Origin: an uncultured Gemmatimonadales bacterium
GTDB taxonomy: Bacteria > Gemmatimonadota > Gemmatimonadetes > Palauibacterales > Palauibacteraceae
Direction: 5' to 3'
NCBI GenBank assembly: GCA_963783385.1
Contig: CAWANJ010000006.1
Location: forward strand, 463,675-527,674
DNA: 64,000 nucleotides
Shown: in pieces, positions 51,882-60,362 of the stretch
Layout of the letters: each line of letters opens with the position of its first letter
How positions within the stretch are numbered: the first letter of the stretch is position 1
Made by a program: the position numbers and the translations under genes
Notes under the pieces: generated by a model
Told to the model about the DNA's origin: nothing
Databases searched by the model: none
What the model saw: only the letters and a program-made list of their open reading frames with translations

Positions 51882-52313
51882 TCAGTACCCCAGGGCGGCG
51901 CGAATCTTCGGGTCGATCCGGTCGGGCGTCCAGAACGGCTTCCACACCAGGTTGACGGTGGCCGCGTCCACACCCTCCACCGACCCGGCCTTCTGCTGCG
52001 CTCCCGAGAGGATCTGGCCGCCGGCCGGGCAGCCGGGGCTGGTCAGGGTCATGGTGACCCGGGCCGAGCCCTCCTCGAGCTCGATGTCGTAGACCAGGCC
52101 CAGGTCCACGATGTTGATGCCGAGCTCGGGGTCCTTGACCTCGCGCAGGGCGTCGAGCACGCGCTCGGCCAGGGGGTCGCCGACCCGGGGAGCTCCGGTG
52201 TGCCGCTCCGGTCCATCGCCTCTATCGTCGTGATCGCCCTGCGCGTGATCCGCGCCGGCCGCACCGGCCTCTCCCTCGGCCGCCATCCGCTGGCTGTCGG
52301 TATCGTCCGTCAT
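51882..52313 (-). CDS. DUF59/MIP18 Fe-S assembly protein (SufT-like)
   Basis: VKDPELGINIVDLGLVY, MTLTSPGCP, PFWTP. Confidence 0.92.
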   Translation of the reverse strand: MTDDTDSQRMAAEGEAGAAGADHAQGDHDDRGDGPERHTGAPRVGDPLAERVLDALREVKDPELGINIVDLGLVYDIELEEGSARVTMTLTSPGCPAGGQILSGAQQKAGSVEGVDAATVNLVWKPFWTPDRIDPKIRAALGY

Positions 52314-52450
52314 GCCGCCTCGCTGTGGATCCAGGGTGGCGCCCGACTCCCGGGCGTCGTTCAGCTCCACCTACCCCGCCACCCGTCGTGGGGTCGCGGT
52401 GGTCCGGCCGTCGCCGGGCGTCCGCCCCGGCGCGGGAGCCCGCTCGAGCG

Positions 52451-53680
52451 TCAGCCCGCGATGCCGGCCAGGTCCGCCTCCGGATCCGATAGCTCCTCCT
52501 CGATCTCCTCGAGGGACGGCCTCCGGCGGACGAGCTCGCGGCACTCGTCCATCGACTCGTTCTCGTTCACGAGCACCGCCGCGCACAGCCGCCCCTCGCG
52601 CCCGCAGAACACCAGGCTCCCCTTCGCCCCCAGCTCTCCGCGGACCACGATCCGGTCGGCCATGGAAGGTCGGCCGAACACGTTGAACGACAGGTCGAAC
52701 GCGTCCGAGAAGAAGTAGGAGACGTGGTCGTAGGGGAGCTTCGCGCCGGCCATGTTACGGCCCACCACTCGGCCGTGCGCGCGAGCGTGGTCCCAGTGCT
52801 CCGCGCGCATGGTGTCGCCGAACACGGGGTCCGGGTACCGGGCCACGTCGCCCGCCGCGTAGATGTAGCCATGGCTCGTCTCGCCGAACTTGTCGACCTC
52901 GATCCCGTCGTGGACGGCGAGTCCGGCCTCGGCGGCCAGCTCGGCGCTGGGCCCGATGCCCACGCCCACCACGGCCATGTCGCAGGGCACCTCGGTGCCG
53001 TCGTCGAGCGCCACCGCCTCCAGGCGGTCCCCGCCGCGGAAGCCGGTCACCCCGGCCTCGCAGCGGAAGGCGACGCCCCGGTCCTCGAAGTAGGCCTGAA
53101 CGAACGCGGACAGCGCTGGAGGCAGAACCCGGGGCCAGGGCCGTTCGCCGAGCTCGACGACCGTCGGCGAGATGTCGTAGGCGCGCAGGGAGGCCGCCAG
53201 CTCCATCCCGATGAAACCGCCGCCGACCAGGACCGCGGCCTCGGCCTTGCTCGCCGCCTTCCGGATGGCCTCGGCGTCCGCCACGCTGCGAAGCGTGAAC
53301 ACGCCGTCCAGCGACTCGCCCTCGACGCCCAGCCGGCGCGGACGCCCACCGGTCGCCAGGAGGATGCGCTCGGCCTCCCAGGTCGCGCCGTCCGAGTCGT
53401 GCACCTTCCGCTGACGGGCATCGAGGCCCGTGGCCCGGGTGCCCAGCGCGAGCTGGACGTCGGCCTGCTCGTACCACTCCTCCGGCTTGACGTGCAGGAG
53501 CTCCCGGGGTGCCTCGGGAGTCTGGAGGTATTCCTTGGACAGGGGCGGCCGATGATACGGCGGCTCCTCTTCCTCGCACAGCATCACGATGGTCCCGTCG
53601 CCGTCCTCGCGCCGGATGCCTTCCACGGCGGAGACGGCGGCGAGTCCACCGCCCACGATCAGGTAGTCACACGAAGCCAT
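52451..53680 (-). CDS. NAD(P)/FAD-dependent ferredoxin reductase-like oxidoreductase
   Basis: IVGGGLA, YHRPPLSK, LATG, GGGFIGME, AAGD, EHW. Confidence 0.92.
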   Translation of the reverse strand: MASCDYLIVGGGLAAVSAVEGIRREDGDGTIVMLCEEEEPPYHRPPLSKEYLQTPEAPRELLHVKPEEWYEQADVQLALGTRATGLDARQRKVHDSDGATWEAERILLATGGRPRRLGVEGESLDGVFTLRSVADAEAIRKAASKAEAAVLVGGGFIGMELAASLRAYDISPTVVELGERPWPRVLPPALSAFVQAYFEDRGVAFRCEAGVTGFRGGDRLEAVALDDGTEVPCDMAVVGVGIGPSAELAAEAGLAVHDGIEVDKFGETSHGYIYAAGDVARYPDPVFGDTMRAEHWDHARAHGRVVGRNMAGAKLPYDHVSYFFSDAFDLSFNVFGRPSMADRIVVRGELGAKGSLVFCGREGRLCAAVLVNENESMDECRELVRRRPSLEEIEEELSDPEADLAGIAG

Positions 53681-53844
53681 CGTCAGGTCGGATCTCTCCC
53701 GGAGGATCTCGGTGTCGGTGTGGTCGCGATCGACCACGGTCGCGCGCCGGCCGGCTCAGCGTCCACGTCGCCGCGCGTGAGTGGAGGACGCGCAGGAGCC
53801 GTGCCGGAGGGCGAGCCGCCAGCGGCGGCGCCCGAAGCCGCGCC

Positions 53845-54558
53845 TCAGGGGTTCACCGGCCGGACCTCGATCTCGCTCACCGTGCCGCGGTCGGAGAGGC
53901 GCACGGCCTCGACCACGGCCTCGGCCACGGTCTCGGGCCGGAGGATCCTGTCACGGTCGGGGTCGAAGCGGTCCTGCGTGTCGAAGAAGGCCGTGTCCAC
54001 CGAGCCCGGCAGCACGGTGAGGACGCGCACGCCCCGGGACCTCAGGTCCAGCATCATGGCCTTGGACAGGCCCACCAGGGCGTGCTTGGAGGCTACGTAG
54101 GCGGCGCCGCCCGCGAAGAAGTTCTTGCCCGCCAGCGAGGCGACGTTCACGATCACGCCATCCTCCCGCTCGAGCATCTCGGGCAGGAACGCGCGCGCGC
54201 ACAGGAACGGGCCCCGGACGTTCGTGGCCAGGACCTCGTCCAGGTCCCGGGCCGTGAGCTCGTCGATCGCCCCGAATCGCGCGATACCGGCGTTGTTCAC
54301 CAGGATGTCGGCGCCGCCCATCTCCTCGCGCACACGCCGCGCGAAGCGCTCCACGTCCTCCTCGACGGCCACGTCGGCCGGCATGGCCAGGACCTCGCTC
54401 CCCGACCCGGCCAGGCGCTCGGCCGCCCCCTCGAGCTCGTCCCGGGTGCGGGAGCAGATGGCCAGGCGACAGCCTTCCCGCCCCAGAGCGTGGGCGACGG
54501 CGAACCCGATCCCCCGACTGGCTCCGGTCACCACCGCGACCCTGTCGGTCAGCTCCAT
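53845..54558 (-). CDS. Short-chain dehydrogenase/reductase
   Basis: TGASRGIG, NNAG, YVASK. Confidence 0.95.
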   Translation of the reverse strand: MELTDRVAVVTGASRGIGFAVAHALGREGCRLAICSRTRDELEGAAERLAGSGSEVLAMPADVAVEEDVERFARRVREEMGGADILVNNAGIARFGAIDELTARDLDEVLATNVRGPFLCARAFLPEMLEREDGVIVNVASLAGKNFFAGGAAYVASKHALVGLSKAMMLDLRSRGVRVLTVLPGSVDTAFFDTQDRFDPDRDRILRPETVAEAVVEAVRLSDRGTVSEIEVRPVNP

Positions 54559-54568
54559 CGGCCTCTCC

Positions 54569-55111
54569 TCACGACGATGCGGGGGGTCGGGAGGTCGTGG
54601 TGTCTCCGGCCGTCGGTCGGGGGAAGGTCGAGCTGTGATCGTGGATGATTCTCCATTTCCCCGCGACGCGGCGAAGCACCAGGGTGAAGGGCCCCGTGGC
54701 CGTGACCGAGTCGCCCCGAAACAGCATCCAGCGTGAGGTGGCCAGCGCGTAGTCCGTGCCCAGCCGGCGGGCTTCGATGTCGTCGAAGCGGAGGCTGTCC
54801 CGCTCGGCGCCGGGCGCGAAGCGGGGGGCGTAGTGGTGCCGGATTTCGGCGTAGCCGCGCAGGAGTCCCTGGCTCCCCCAGTAGGTGGTGGTCGGCGAGT
54901 CCAGGTAGGCGTCCATGAAGGTCCCGAGGTCGCCGCGGTTCCACCCCGCCGCGGACGCCGCCAGCACGTGCGTGACTTCGACCGCCAGGGCCGTGTTGGA
55001 GATCTCGCGGCCCGTCGGATTCCCGGTGTGCTCGATCCTGCAGCCGGCGAGGATCGCCGCGATCAGGAGGAGAGCGGCGGAGACGGTCCGCGGCCGCGAG
55101 CGATACGCCAC
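54569..55111 (-). CDS. NTF2-like/DUF4440 lipoprotein
   Basis: LAGC lipobox, WNRGDL, WRIIHDHSS. Confidence 0.85.
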   Translation of the reverse strand: MAYRSRPRTVSAALLLIAAILAGCRIEHTGNPTGREISNTALAVEVTHVLAASAAGWNRGDLGTFMDAYLDSPTTTYWGSQGLLRGYAEIRHHYAPRFAPGAERDSLRFDDIEARRLGTDYALATSRWMLFRGDSVTATGPFTLVLRRVAGKWRIIHDHSSTFPRPTAGDTTTSRPPASS

Positions 55112-55173
55112 TCGCCTGCTCGTCCCCCGGTCGCCCCTGGAGCGCGGAGCGCGGGCCCGCCGGCGGCGCGCCC

Positions 55174-56040
55174 TCACGCGGCCACTCCGGTCAGGCAGCG
55201 GCGCAGAAGGTCGGACGAGCGCTCGACGACCTTCTCCAGCGCGTCGTTGGTGCCGGGGAACGGGTGACCCGAGCCGAAGGTGTGGCCGGCCCCCTCCACG
55301 GTCATGACCGCCGCTCGGGAGCCTCCCGCTTCCGCCAGGCGGGTCGCGTCGGAGAACGGCACGCTCTCGTCCTCCAGTCCGTGCACGATGAGCCACGGGA
55401 TGCGCAGCGTGCGAGCGGCCGCCACGACGTCGAGCCGCGCGCGGTTGGCGCGCAGGTCGTCCAGGACGTTTCGCCTCAGGGGCATCATCTGGCCCGTCCG
55501 GGCATTGGGGATCTCCACCACCTCTCCGGCGTCCCAGCGCTCGCCGTACATCTCCTCGTAGCGCTCCAGGCCGGCGATGGAGGACCAGGTGACCAGCCCC
55601 CGGACCTGCGAGCGCGTCGCGGCCTCCAGGATGCACGTCGCCCCGCCCCGGCTGTGCCCGAGGAGCCCGAAGCGGGCGGCGCCCGGCACCTCCACGTCCC
55701 CACAGCGTCCCGCCGCCAGACGATCGAGCACGGCCTCGAGGTCCTCGAGCTCGCGCGAGATCGTGTTCCGCGAGAAACCCTCCAGGTCCGTGAACGTCTC
55801 GAGGTCCGCTCCGACCCCGCATCCGGTGAAGTTGAAGCTGGCCGTGAGGCAGCTCGTGCGCCGGGCCAGCTCCTCGGCGACGTACGGGAAGAAGCCCCAG
55901 TCCTTGAACCCCTTGAAGCCGTGGCAAACGACCATGGCGGCCCCCGGGACCGCAGCGTCGGGGCGCCAGATGTCGCCGCGCACCACGTCCCCGGTCCGGA
56001 CCTCGAAGGAGAAGGGCAGGTGGACGACCTCGCTGCTCAT
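55174..56040 (-). CDS. Alpha/beta hydrolase
   Basis: HGFKGFKDWG, GHSRGG, HGLEDESV, GHTF. Confidence 0.9.
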   Translation of the reverse strand: MSSEVVHLPFSFEVRTGDVVRGDIWRPDAAVPGAAMVVCHGFKGFKDWGFFPYVAEELARRTSCLTASFNFTGCGVGADLETFTDLEGFSRNTISRELEDLEAVLDRLAAGRCGDVEVPGAARFGLLGHSRGGATCILEAATRSQVRGLVTWSSIAGLERYEEMYGERWDAGEVVEIPNARTGQMMPLRRNVLDDLRANRARLDVVAAARTLRIPWLIVHGLEDESVPFSDATRLAEAGGSRAAVMTVEGAGHTFGSGHPFPGTNDALEKVVERSSDLLRRCLTGVAA

Positions 56041-56648
56041 GGCGCCGGCGACTTTCCGCTCCCCCGGCGACGCACGGGAGTCCACTCGGCCTCCGGGGAG
56101 CCGGCCCGATGGTTGGCGGCGCGGGCCAGCATGAACAGGAGGTCGGAGAGGCGGTTCAGGTAGGGGAGCGTCTCGGACGCCGGGTCCCCGGCCGCACCGG
56201 GGCGCTGGCCGGCCAGGCGGACGGCGGCGCGCTCGGCGCGGCGGCAGACCGTGCGGGCCACGTGGAGCTGGGCCCCGGCCGCACAGCCGCCTGGAAGGAG
56301 AAAGGCGTCCAGCTCCGGGAGCTCGCCCGCGAGGCGGTCGATCCAGTCCTCGATCTCGGCGACCCGGCCCTCGGGGAGCCGCGGGACCGTCCCACGCTCT
56401 CGCTCGCGGTCGGGGTGGGCCGCCGCCAGCCCGGCGCCGACCGTGAGCAGGTCTCCCTGCACCCTCCGCAGCGCCTCGGCATCGGCGTCCAGCGCGCCCC
56501 GGTGGTCCAGGGCGAGGGCGAGGCCGAGCGAAGTGTTGAGCTCGTCGATCGTGCCGTACGCCTCGACCCGGGGGTCCGTCTTGGGGACGCGGGCTCCTCC
56601 CAGGAGGCCCGTTTCTCCCTCGTCACCACCTCGGGTATAGATCTTCAT
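56037..56648 (-). CDS. Cob(I)alamin adenosyltransferase, PduO-type
   Basis: MKIYTRGGDEGET, EAYGTIDELN, RTVCRRAER, YLNRLSDLLF. Confidence 0.93.
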   Translation of the reverse strand: MKIYTRGGDEGETGLLGGARVPKTDPRVEAYGTIDELNTSLGLALALDHRGALDADAEALRRVQGDLLTVGAGLAAAHPDRERERGTVPRLPEGRVAEIEDWIDRLAGELPELDAFLLPGGCAAGAQLHVARTVCRRAERAAVRLAGQRPGAAGDPASETLPYLNRLSDLLFMLARAANHRAGSPEAEWTPVRRRGSGKSPAP

Positions 56649-56960
56649 GCTTCTCCAGCGGGACGGATGCGGACGGGAGGCGGCGCTCCGGTGTGCTCCG
56701 GGGGCGCAATATAGGCGCGCTCCGGGGGAGCGGACAGCGGACGGGCACCGATAGGGTCCGCGCCGGCGCGGCGCCGGCGCCGCGCGCCGGGCCACCGGCG
56801 GTCTCCAGCGCAAAGCGTTTTTGTAAAGCGTTCGGCAGCGCCCGGCCCGCGATGGTAAAGCGATAGAGTAAAGCGACATGCATCAGAGGACCGTCACCTG
56901 TGCTCCGCCGGACACCTCCCCGCCGGCCCCCCGAGGGATCCGGCGCCTCGAGCCCGTGGC

Positions 56961-57239
56961 TCAGCCGGCCCGCTCGGCCTCCAGGAGGTGGGCCAGGCGG
57001 GCCGGGTCGGCGGCGAGCGCCTCGCCCCGTGCCTCCGCCTCCTCGCGCGAGGGAGCCGGGTCGAGCTCGACGAAGGCGCTCCCGTCACCCTCGAGCTCCA
57101 GGAAGGCCAGGGTCATCCGGTAGCCCGGGACGCCCGTCGCGCGCTTGGCGATGAGGTCCGCGTTCCAGCGTGAGCCCGCCGCGTCGAGGGCATCGGCCAC
57201 CCGGATCTCGATCTGGTCCCGTCTTCGATATCGCGCCAT
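56961..57239 (-). CDS. Small hypothetical protein
   Basis: MARYRRRDQIEIRV..., protein-like composition and GC3-rich codons. Confidence 0.55.
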   Translation of the reverse strand: MARYRRRDQIEIRVADALDAAGSRWNADLIAKRATGVPGYRMTLAFLELEGDGSAFVELDPAPSREEAEARGEALAADPARLAHLLEAERAG

Positions 57240-57350
57240 GCGTGTCCGCGTCAGGAGGTGGTCGGTCGAGCGTTCGTCCACCACGCTAGGAGTGGGCAGC
57301 GAAGCCAGCAAGACGCGGGCCCTTCGCGGATCGCACGCCCGCGCCTGCGG

Positions 57351-57379
57351 TTGACATCGCCCGGGCCCTCGGGTATTCT
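57351..57379 (+). promoter_or_regulatory. Sigma70 promoter TTGACA-N17-TATTCT for tRNA-fMet
   Basis: Near-consensus hexamers ending about 11 nt before the tRNA. Confidence 0.85.
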
Positions 57380-57390
57380 TCCAAGCTCGC

Positions 57391-57464
<74 letters not shown>

Positions 57465-57626
57465 CTGGAGCGAAGGACCGAACGACAACGGAGCGTGGGA
57501 ACGCAAATGAGCTTCCGTTTCGCGAGAGAATTCCGGAATCCGAACCCCGGGCGGCACACCTTGCGCGCCCGGGCGGGCGCTCGCGAGCGGGACGACTAGG
57601 ACGCGACAGCGACTTCCTGCTCTCCG

Positions 57627-57669
57627 GGCCCCGCTCGCGGCGAACGCCGGGCGGGGCCTTTGGTTTCTT
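57627..57669 (+). terminator. Putative intrinsic terminator after tRNA-fMet
   Basis: GGCCCCGC...GCGGGGCC stem followed by TTTGGTTTCTT. Confidence 0.6.
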
Positions 57670-57766
57670 GACAATTCGGTGGGTGACGCGTGGATGAGGG
57701 TGGTCGATCGGGCCCTCGGGGCGCCGCCGGGCCGCTCGCGGTCCGGTGCGGTCCATTGCAGCGCAT

Positions 57767-57838
57767 TCCGGGGTAGCTCAGCGGCAGAGCGGGTGGCTGT
57801 TAACCACTAGGTCAGGGGTTCGAATCCCCTCCCCGGAG
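57767..57838 (+). tRNA. tRNA-Asn (GTT)
   Basis: Cloverleaf, CTGTTAA loop, GTTCGAATC. Confidence 0.95.
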
Positions 57839-57874
57839 CTCGAGCGGGCGTCGACCGACCCCGATGACGGATGC

Positions 57875-57947
57875 GGCTGGGTAGCTCAGTTGGTAGAGCA
57901 CCGCACTGAAAATGCGGGTGTCGGCGGTTCGACTCCGTCCCCAGCCA
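57875..57947 (+). tRNA. tRNA-Phe (GAA)
   Basis: Cloverleaf, CTGAAAA loop. Confidence 0.95.
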
Positions 57948-57962
57948 TACCTGTACCGGTAC

Positions 57963-58035
57963 AGGGGCGTAGCTCAACTGGCAGAGCACCGGTCTCCAAA
58001 ACCGGCGGTTGGGGGTTCGAGTCCCTCCGCCCCTG
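57963..58035 (+). tRNA. tRNA-Trp (CCA)
   Basis: Cloverleaf, CTCCAAA loop. Confidence 0.95.
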
Positions 58036-58052
58036 CTCCGGCCGGCCGGCGT

Positions 58053-58124
<72 letters not shown>

Positions 58125-58161
58125 TGGGAGATGAGCAGGGACGAGGGAGGAGCCCGAGCAG

Positions 58162-58234
58162 GCGCCCGTAGCTCAGTTGGAAGAGCGTCGGCCTTCTAAG
58201 CCGAGGGTCGCAGGTTCGAGTCCTGCCGGGCGCA
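58162..58234 (+). tRNA. tRNA-Arg (TCT)
   Basis: Cloverleaf, CTTCTAA loop. Confidence 0.95.
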
Positions 58235-58344
58235 TCGGCGAAACAGGCGGCGCGAATCGCGCAACAGAGGACGCGGGAACCGGATGCGGCCGGCCCGGTA
58301 CCCAGTACTCCGGTCCGGGGCCGCGAAGTGGGGCGGGCGGCCGG

Positions 58345-58416
58345 GCCCCCATCGTCTAACGGCCAGGACGCCACTCTTTCAAGGTGGAGATAGGGGTTCG
58401 ATTCCCCTTGGGGGCG
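58345..58416 (+). tRNA. tRNA-Glu (TTC)
   Basis: GCCCCCA/TGGGGGC acceptor, CTTTCAA loop. Confidence 0.93.
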
Positions 58417-58462
58417 TGCCGGAAACCGGTCGGCGCCGCCGGACCAGGACAGCACCACGCAT

Positions 58463-58535
58463 GGGGCCGTAGCTCAGTTGGGAGAGCGCGTGAATGGCAT
58501 TCACGAGGTCAGGGGTTCGACTCCCCTCGGCTCCA
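58463..58535 (+). tRNA. tRNA-Ala (GGC)
   Basis: G3:U70 acceptor pair, ATGGCAT loop. Confidence 0.95.
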
Positions 58536-58715
58536 CTCCAGGCACGACGGACTTGCCAGGTCGGGTTGTGCAGAACCTGACAGAGACGAGGCGGGAGCGA
58601 GAGATCCGGTGCAGGTCAAGGAGCGTGAGGAGAGCGACCGAGGCGTGCTGAAACGCACGCCGCAGGGAGCACGACGAGCGCGACGATGAGATGCGCCGGA
58701 TACCGAAGCTCACGC

Positions 58716-58788
58716 GCGCCGCTAGCTCAATTGGCAGAGCAACGGACTCTTAATCCGTAGGTTCTAGGTTCGATTCCTAGGCGGCGCA
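58716..58788 (+). tRNA. tRNA-Lys (CTT)
   Basis: Cloverleaf, CTCTTAA loop. Confidence 0.95.
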
Positions 58789-58841
58789 TACGAACCACGC
58801 CCGGTCGGTGGCGGCCACGGCGGGGTAGAACGAAGATGCGG

Positions 58842-58916
58842 GTGCCCGTAGCTCAGTCTGGATAGAGCGTCGGCCTCCGGAGCCGAAGGCCGCAGGTTCG
58901 AATCCTGCCGGGCACA
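58842..58916 (+). tRNA. tRNA-Arg (CCG)
   Basis: Cloverleaf, CTCCGGA loop. Confidence 0.95.
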
Positions 58917-59040
58917 TGCTGGAGCTGTTTGAGAACGCCCTGTCGCCGAGGCGGCGGGGCGAACGTGTCGTGAGGGCGAGCGAACGTCGGCGGGAAAGCC
59001 GGCGCACGCGGCCGGGTAGGGCCCGGCGCACGCCCCGCGA

Positions 59041-59126
59041 GCTCGGGTGGCGGAATTGGCAGACGCGCAGGGTTCAGGACCCTGTGGGACTAAACTCCCG
59101 TGGGGGTTCGACTCCCCCCCCGAGCA
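59041..59126 (+). tRNA. tRNA-Leu (CAG)
   Basis: Long variable arm, TTCAGGA loop. Confidence 0.94.
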
Positions 59127-59191
59127 CTCCGGACCGGAGAGGACGCGGCGAGCGCCGCGGGCCCGACCTCCGGCCGACAGCAGGACAGCCT

Positions 59192-59277
59192 GCCCAGGTG
59201 GCGGAACAGGCAGACGCGCCAGCTTGAGGGGCTGGTGCCCGTCTTAGGGCGTGGAGGTTCGAATCCTCTCCTGGGCA
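59192..59277 (+). tRNA. tRNA-Leu (GAG)
   Basis: Long variable arm, TTGAGGG loop. Confidence 0.94.
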
Positions 59278-59305
59278 TGAACACCGAGCGTCACCCGCCC
59301 CACGC

Positions 59306-59379
59306 GCGCCCGTAGCTCAACTGGATAGAGCGCCTGACTACGGATCAGGAGGCTGGGAGTTCGAATCTTCCCGGGCGCA
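59306..59379 (+). tRNA. tRNA-Arg (ACG)
   Basis: Cloverleaf, CTACGGA loop. Confidence 0.95.
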
Positions 59380-59396
59380 TGAGTCACGAGCCACAT

Positions 59397-59426
59397 GAAG
59401 CCCCCGCCGCGGCGGGGGCTTCTTTC
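59397..59426 (+). terminator. Intrinsic terminator of the tRNA cluster
   Basis: GAAGCCCCCGCCGCGGCGGGGGCTTC inverted repeat followed by TTT. Confidence 0.8.
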
Positions 59427-59739
59427 ATCCGGGAAAGGACCGCGAGGGTCTGGGCTGCGCCGCCTCGGCCCAGGGTCACCCCCGGATTGCCCATCCAGCC
59501 TCTTGGGAGCACAATCTCCCCATGGTTCGGTTCGATCGCGATCGTCTCGCGGAGCTCTGCCGCGAGTTCGACGTCGAGCGGCTGAGAGTCTTCGGCTCGG
59601 CGGCCAGGGCAGAAGAGCGCGCCGGGCCGCGACGAGGGAGGAGCGCCGAGTCGAGCTTGTCCGCCCGCGCCGCGCGCGGCTAAGCTGTGAGATGCGGGTC
59701 CCACTCCGGGACCACCGCAGGTCGGCGCTGGGGAGGGTC

Positions 59740-60327
59740 ATGGCGCGCATGACGGAATCCGACCCGACTTCCAGCCCCCGGGGGGAGATCACGAAGCTGC
59801 TGGAGGCGTGGGGAAGCGGCGAGCGGGACGCTCTGGACCGCCTCATGCCGCTCGTCTACGATGATCTCCGGGCCATCGCCCATCAGCGCCTTCGCCTCGA
59901 GCGGCCGGACCACACGCTCAACACGACCGCCATCGTCCACGAGGCCTACCTCAAGCTGGTTGACCATGAGGCGGCCACGTGGAAAGACCGGGCCCATTTC
60001 TTCGCGGTCTCGGCGCGCGTCATCCGCAACCTCCTCGTCGACTACGCCCGCGAGCAGAAGGCCGCGAAGCGGGGGGGCGGCGCCGTCCTGCTCCCGCTCG
60101 ACACGCGGCTGACCGGTGAGGAGCCCAGGACGATCGAACTTCTCGCCCTGGATGAGGCGTTGACGAGCCTGGGGCGCAGGGACGCACGGCTGGAGCGCAT
60201 AGTCGAGTGCCGCTTCTTCGGCGGCATGAGCATGAAGGAGACGGCCGAGACGCTGGGCGTGTCGCTGAGCACGGCCGAGCGCGCCTGGCGGCGGGCGCGG
60301 GCCCACCTCTACCGGGCGCTGGCCTGA
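59740..60327 (+). CDS. ECF sigma factor, TIGR02999/ECF43-like (second copy)
   Basis: GGGAGG RBS; EITKLL, LMPLVYDDLR, HTLNTTAIVHEAYL, IVECRFFGGMS. Confidence 0.93.
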   Translation: MARMTESDPTSSPRGEITKLLEAWGSGERDALDRLMPLVYDDLRAIAHQRLRLERPDHTLNTTAIVHEAYLKLVDHEAATWKDRAHFFAVSARVIRNLLVDYAREQKAAKRGGGAVLLPLDTRLTGEEPRTIELLALDEALTSLGRRDARLERIVECRFFGGMSMKETAETLGVSLSTAERAWRRARAHLYRALA

Positions 60328-60362
60328 GGCGGCCCTCCCCACACCCGAAGACCGGAGCCGAG

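Noticed and set aside
57668-57700. TTGACA as promoter for the 12-tRNA run
   Set aside because: No acceptable -10 hexamer at 16-18 bp spacing, so not called.
59384-59704. Minus-strand 106-aa ORF with a protein-like patch (VELAAELRETIAIEPNHGEIVL)
   Set aside because: No RBS, overlaps the terminator and has no recognisable family; may be a remnant but cannot be supported.
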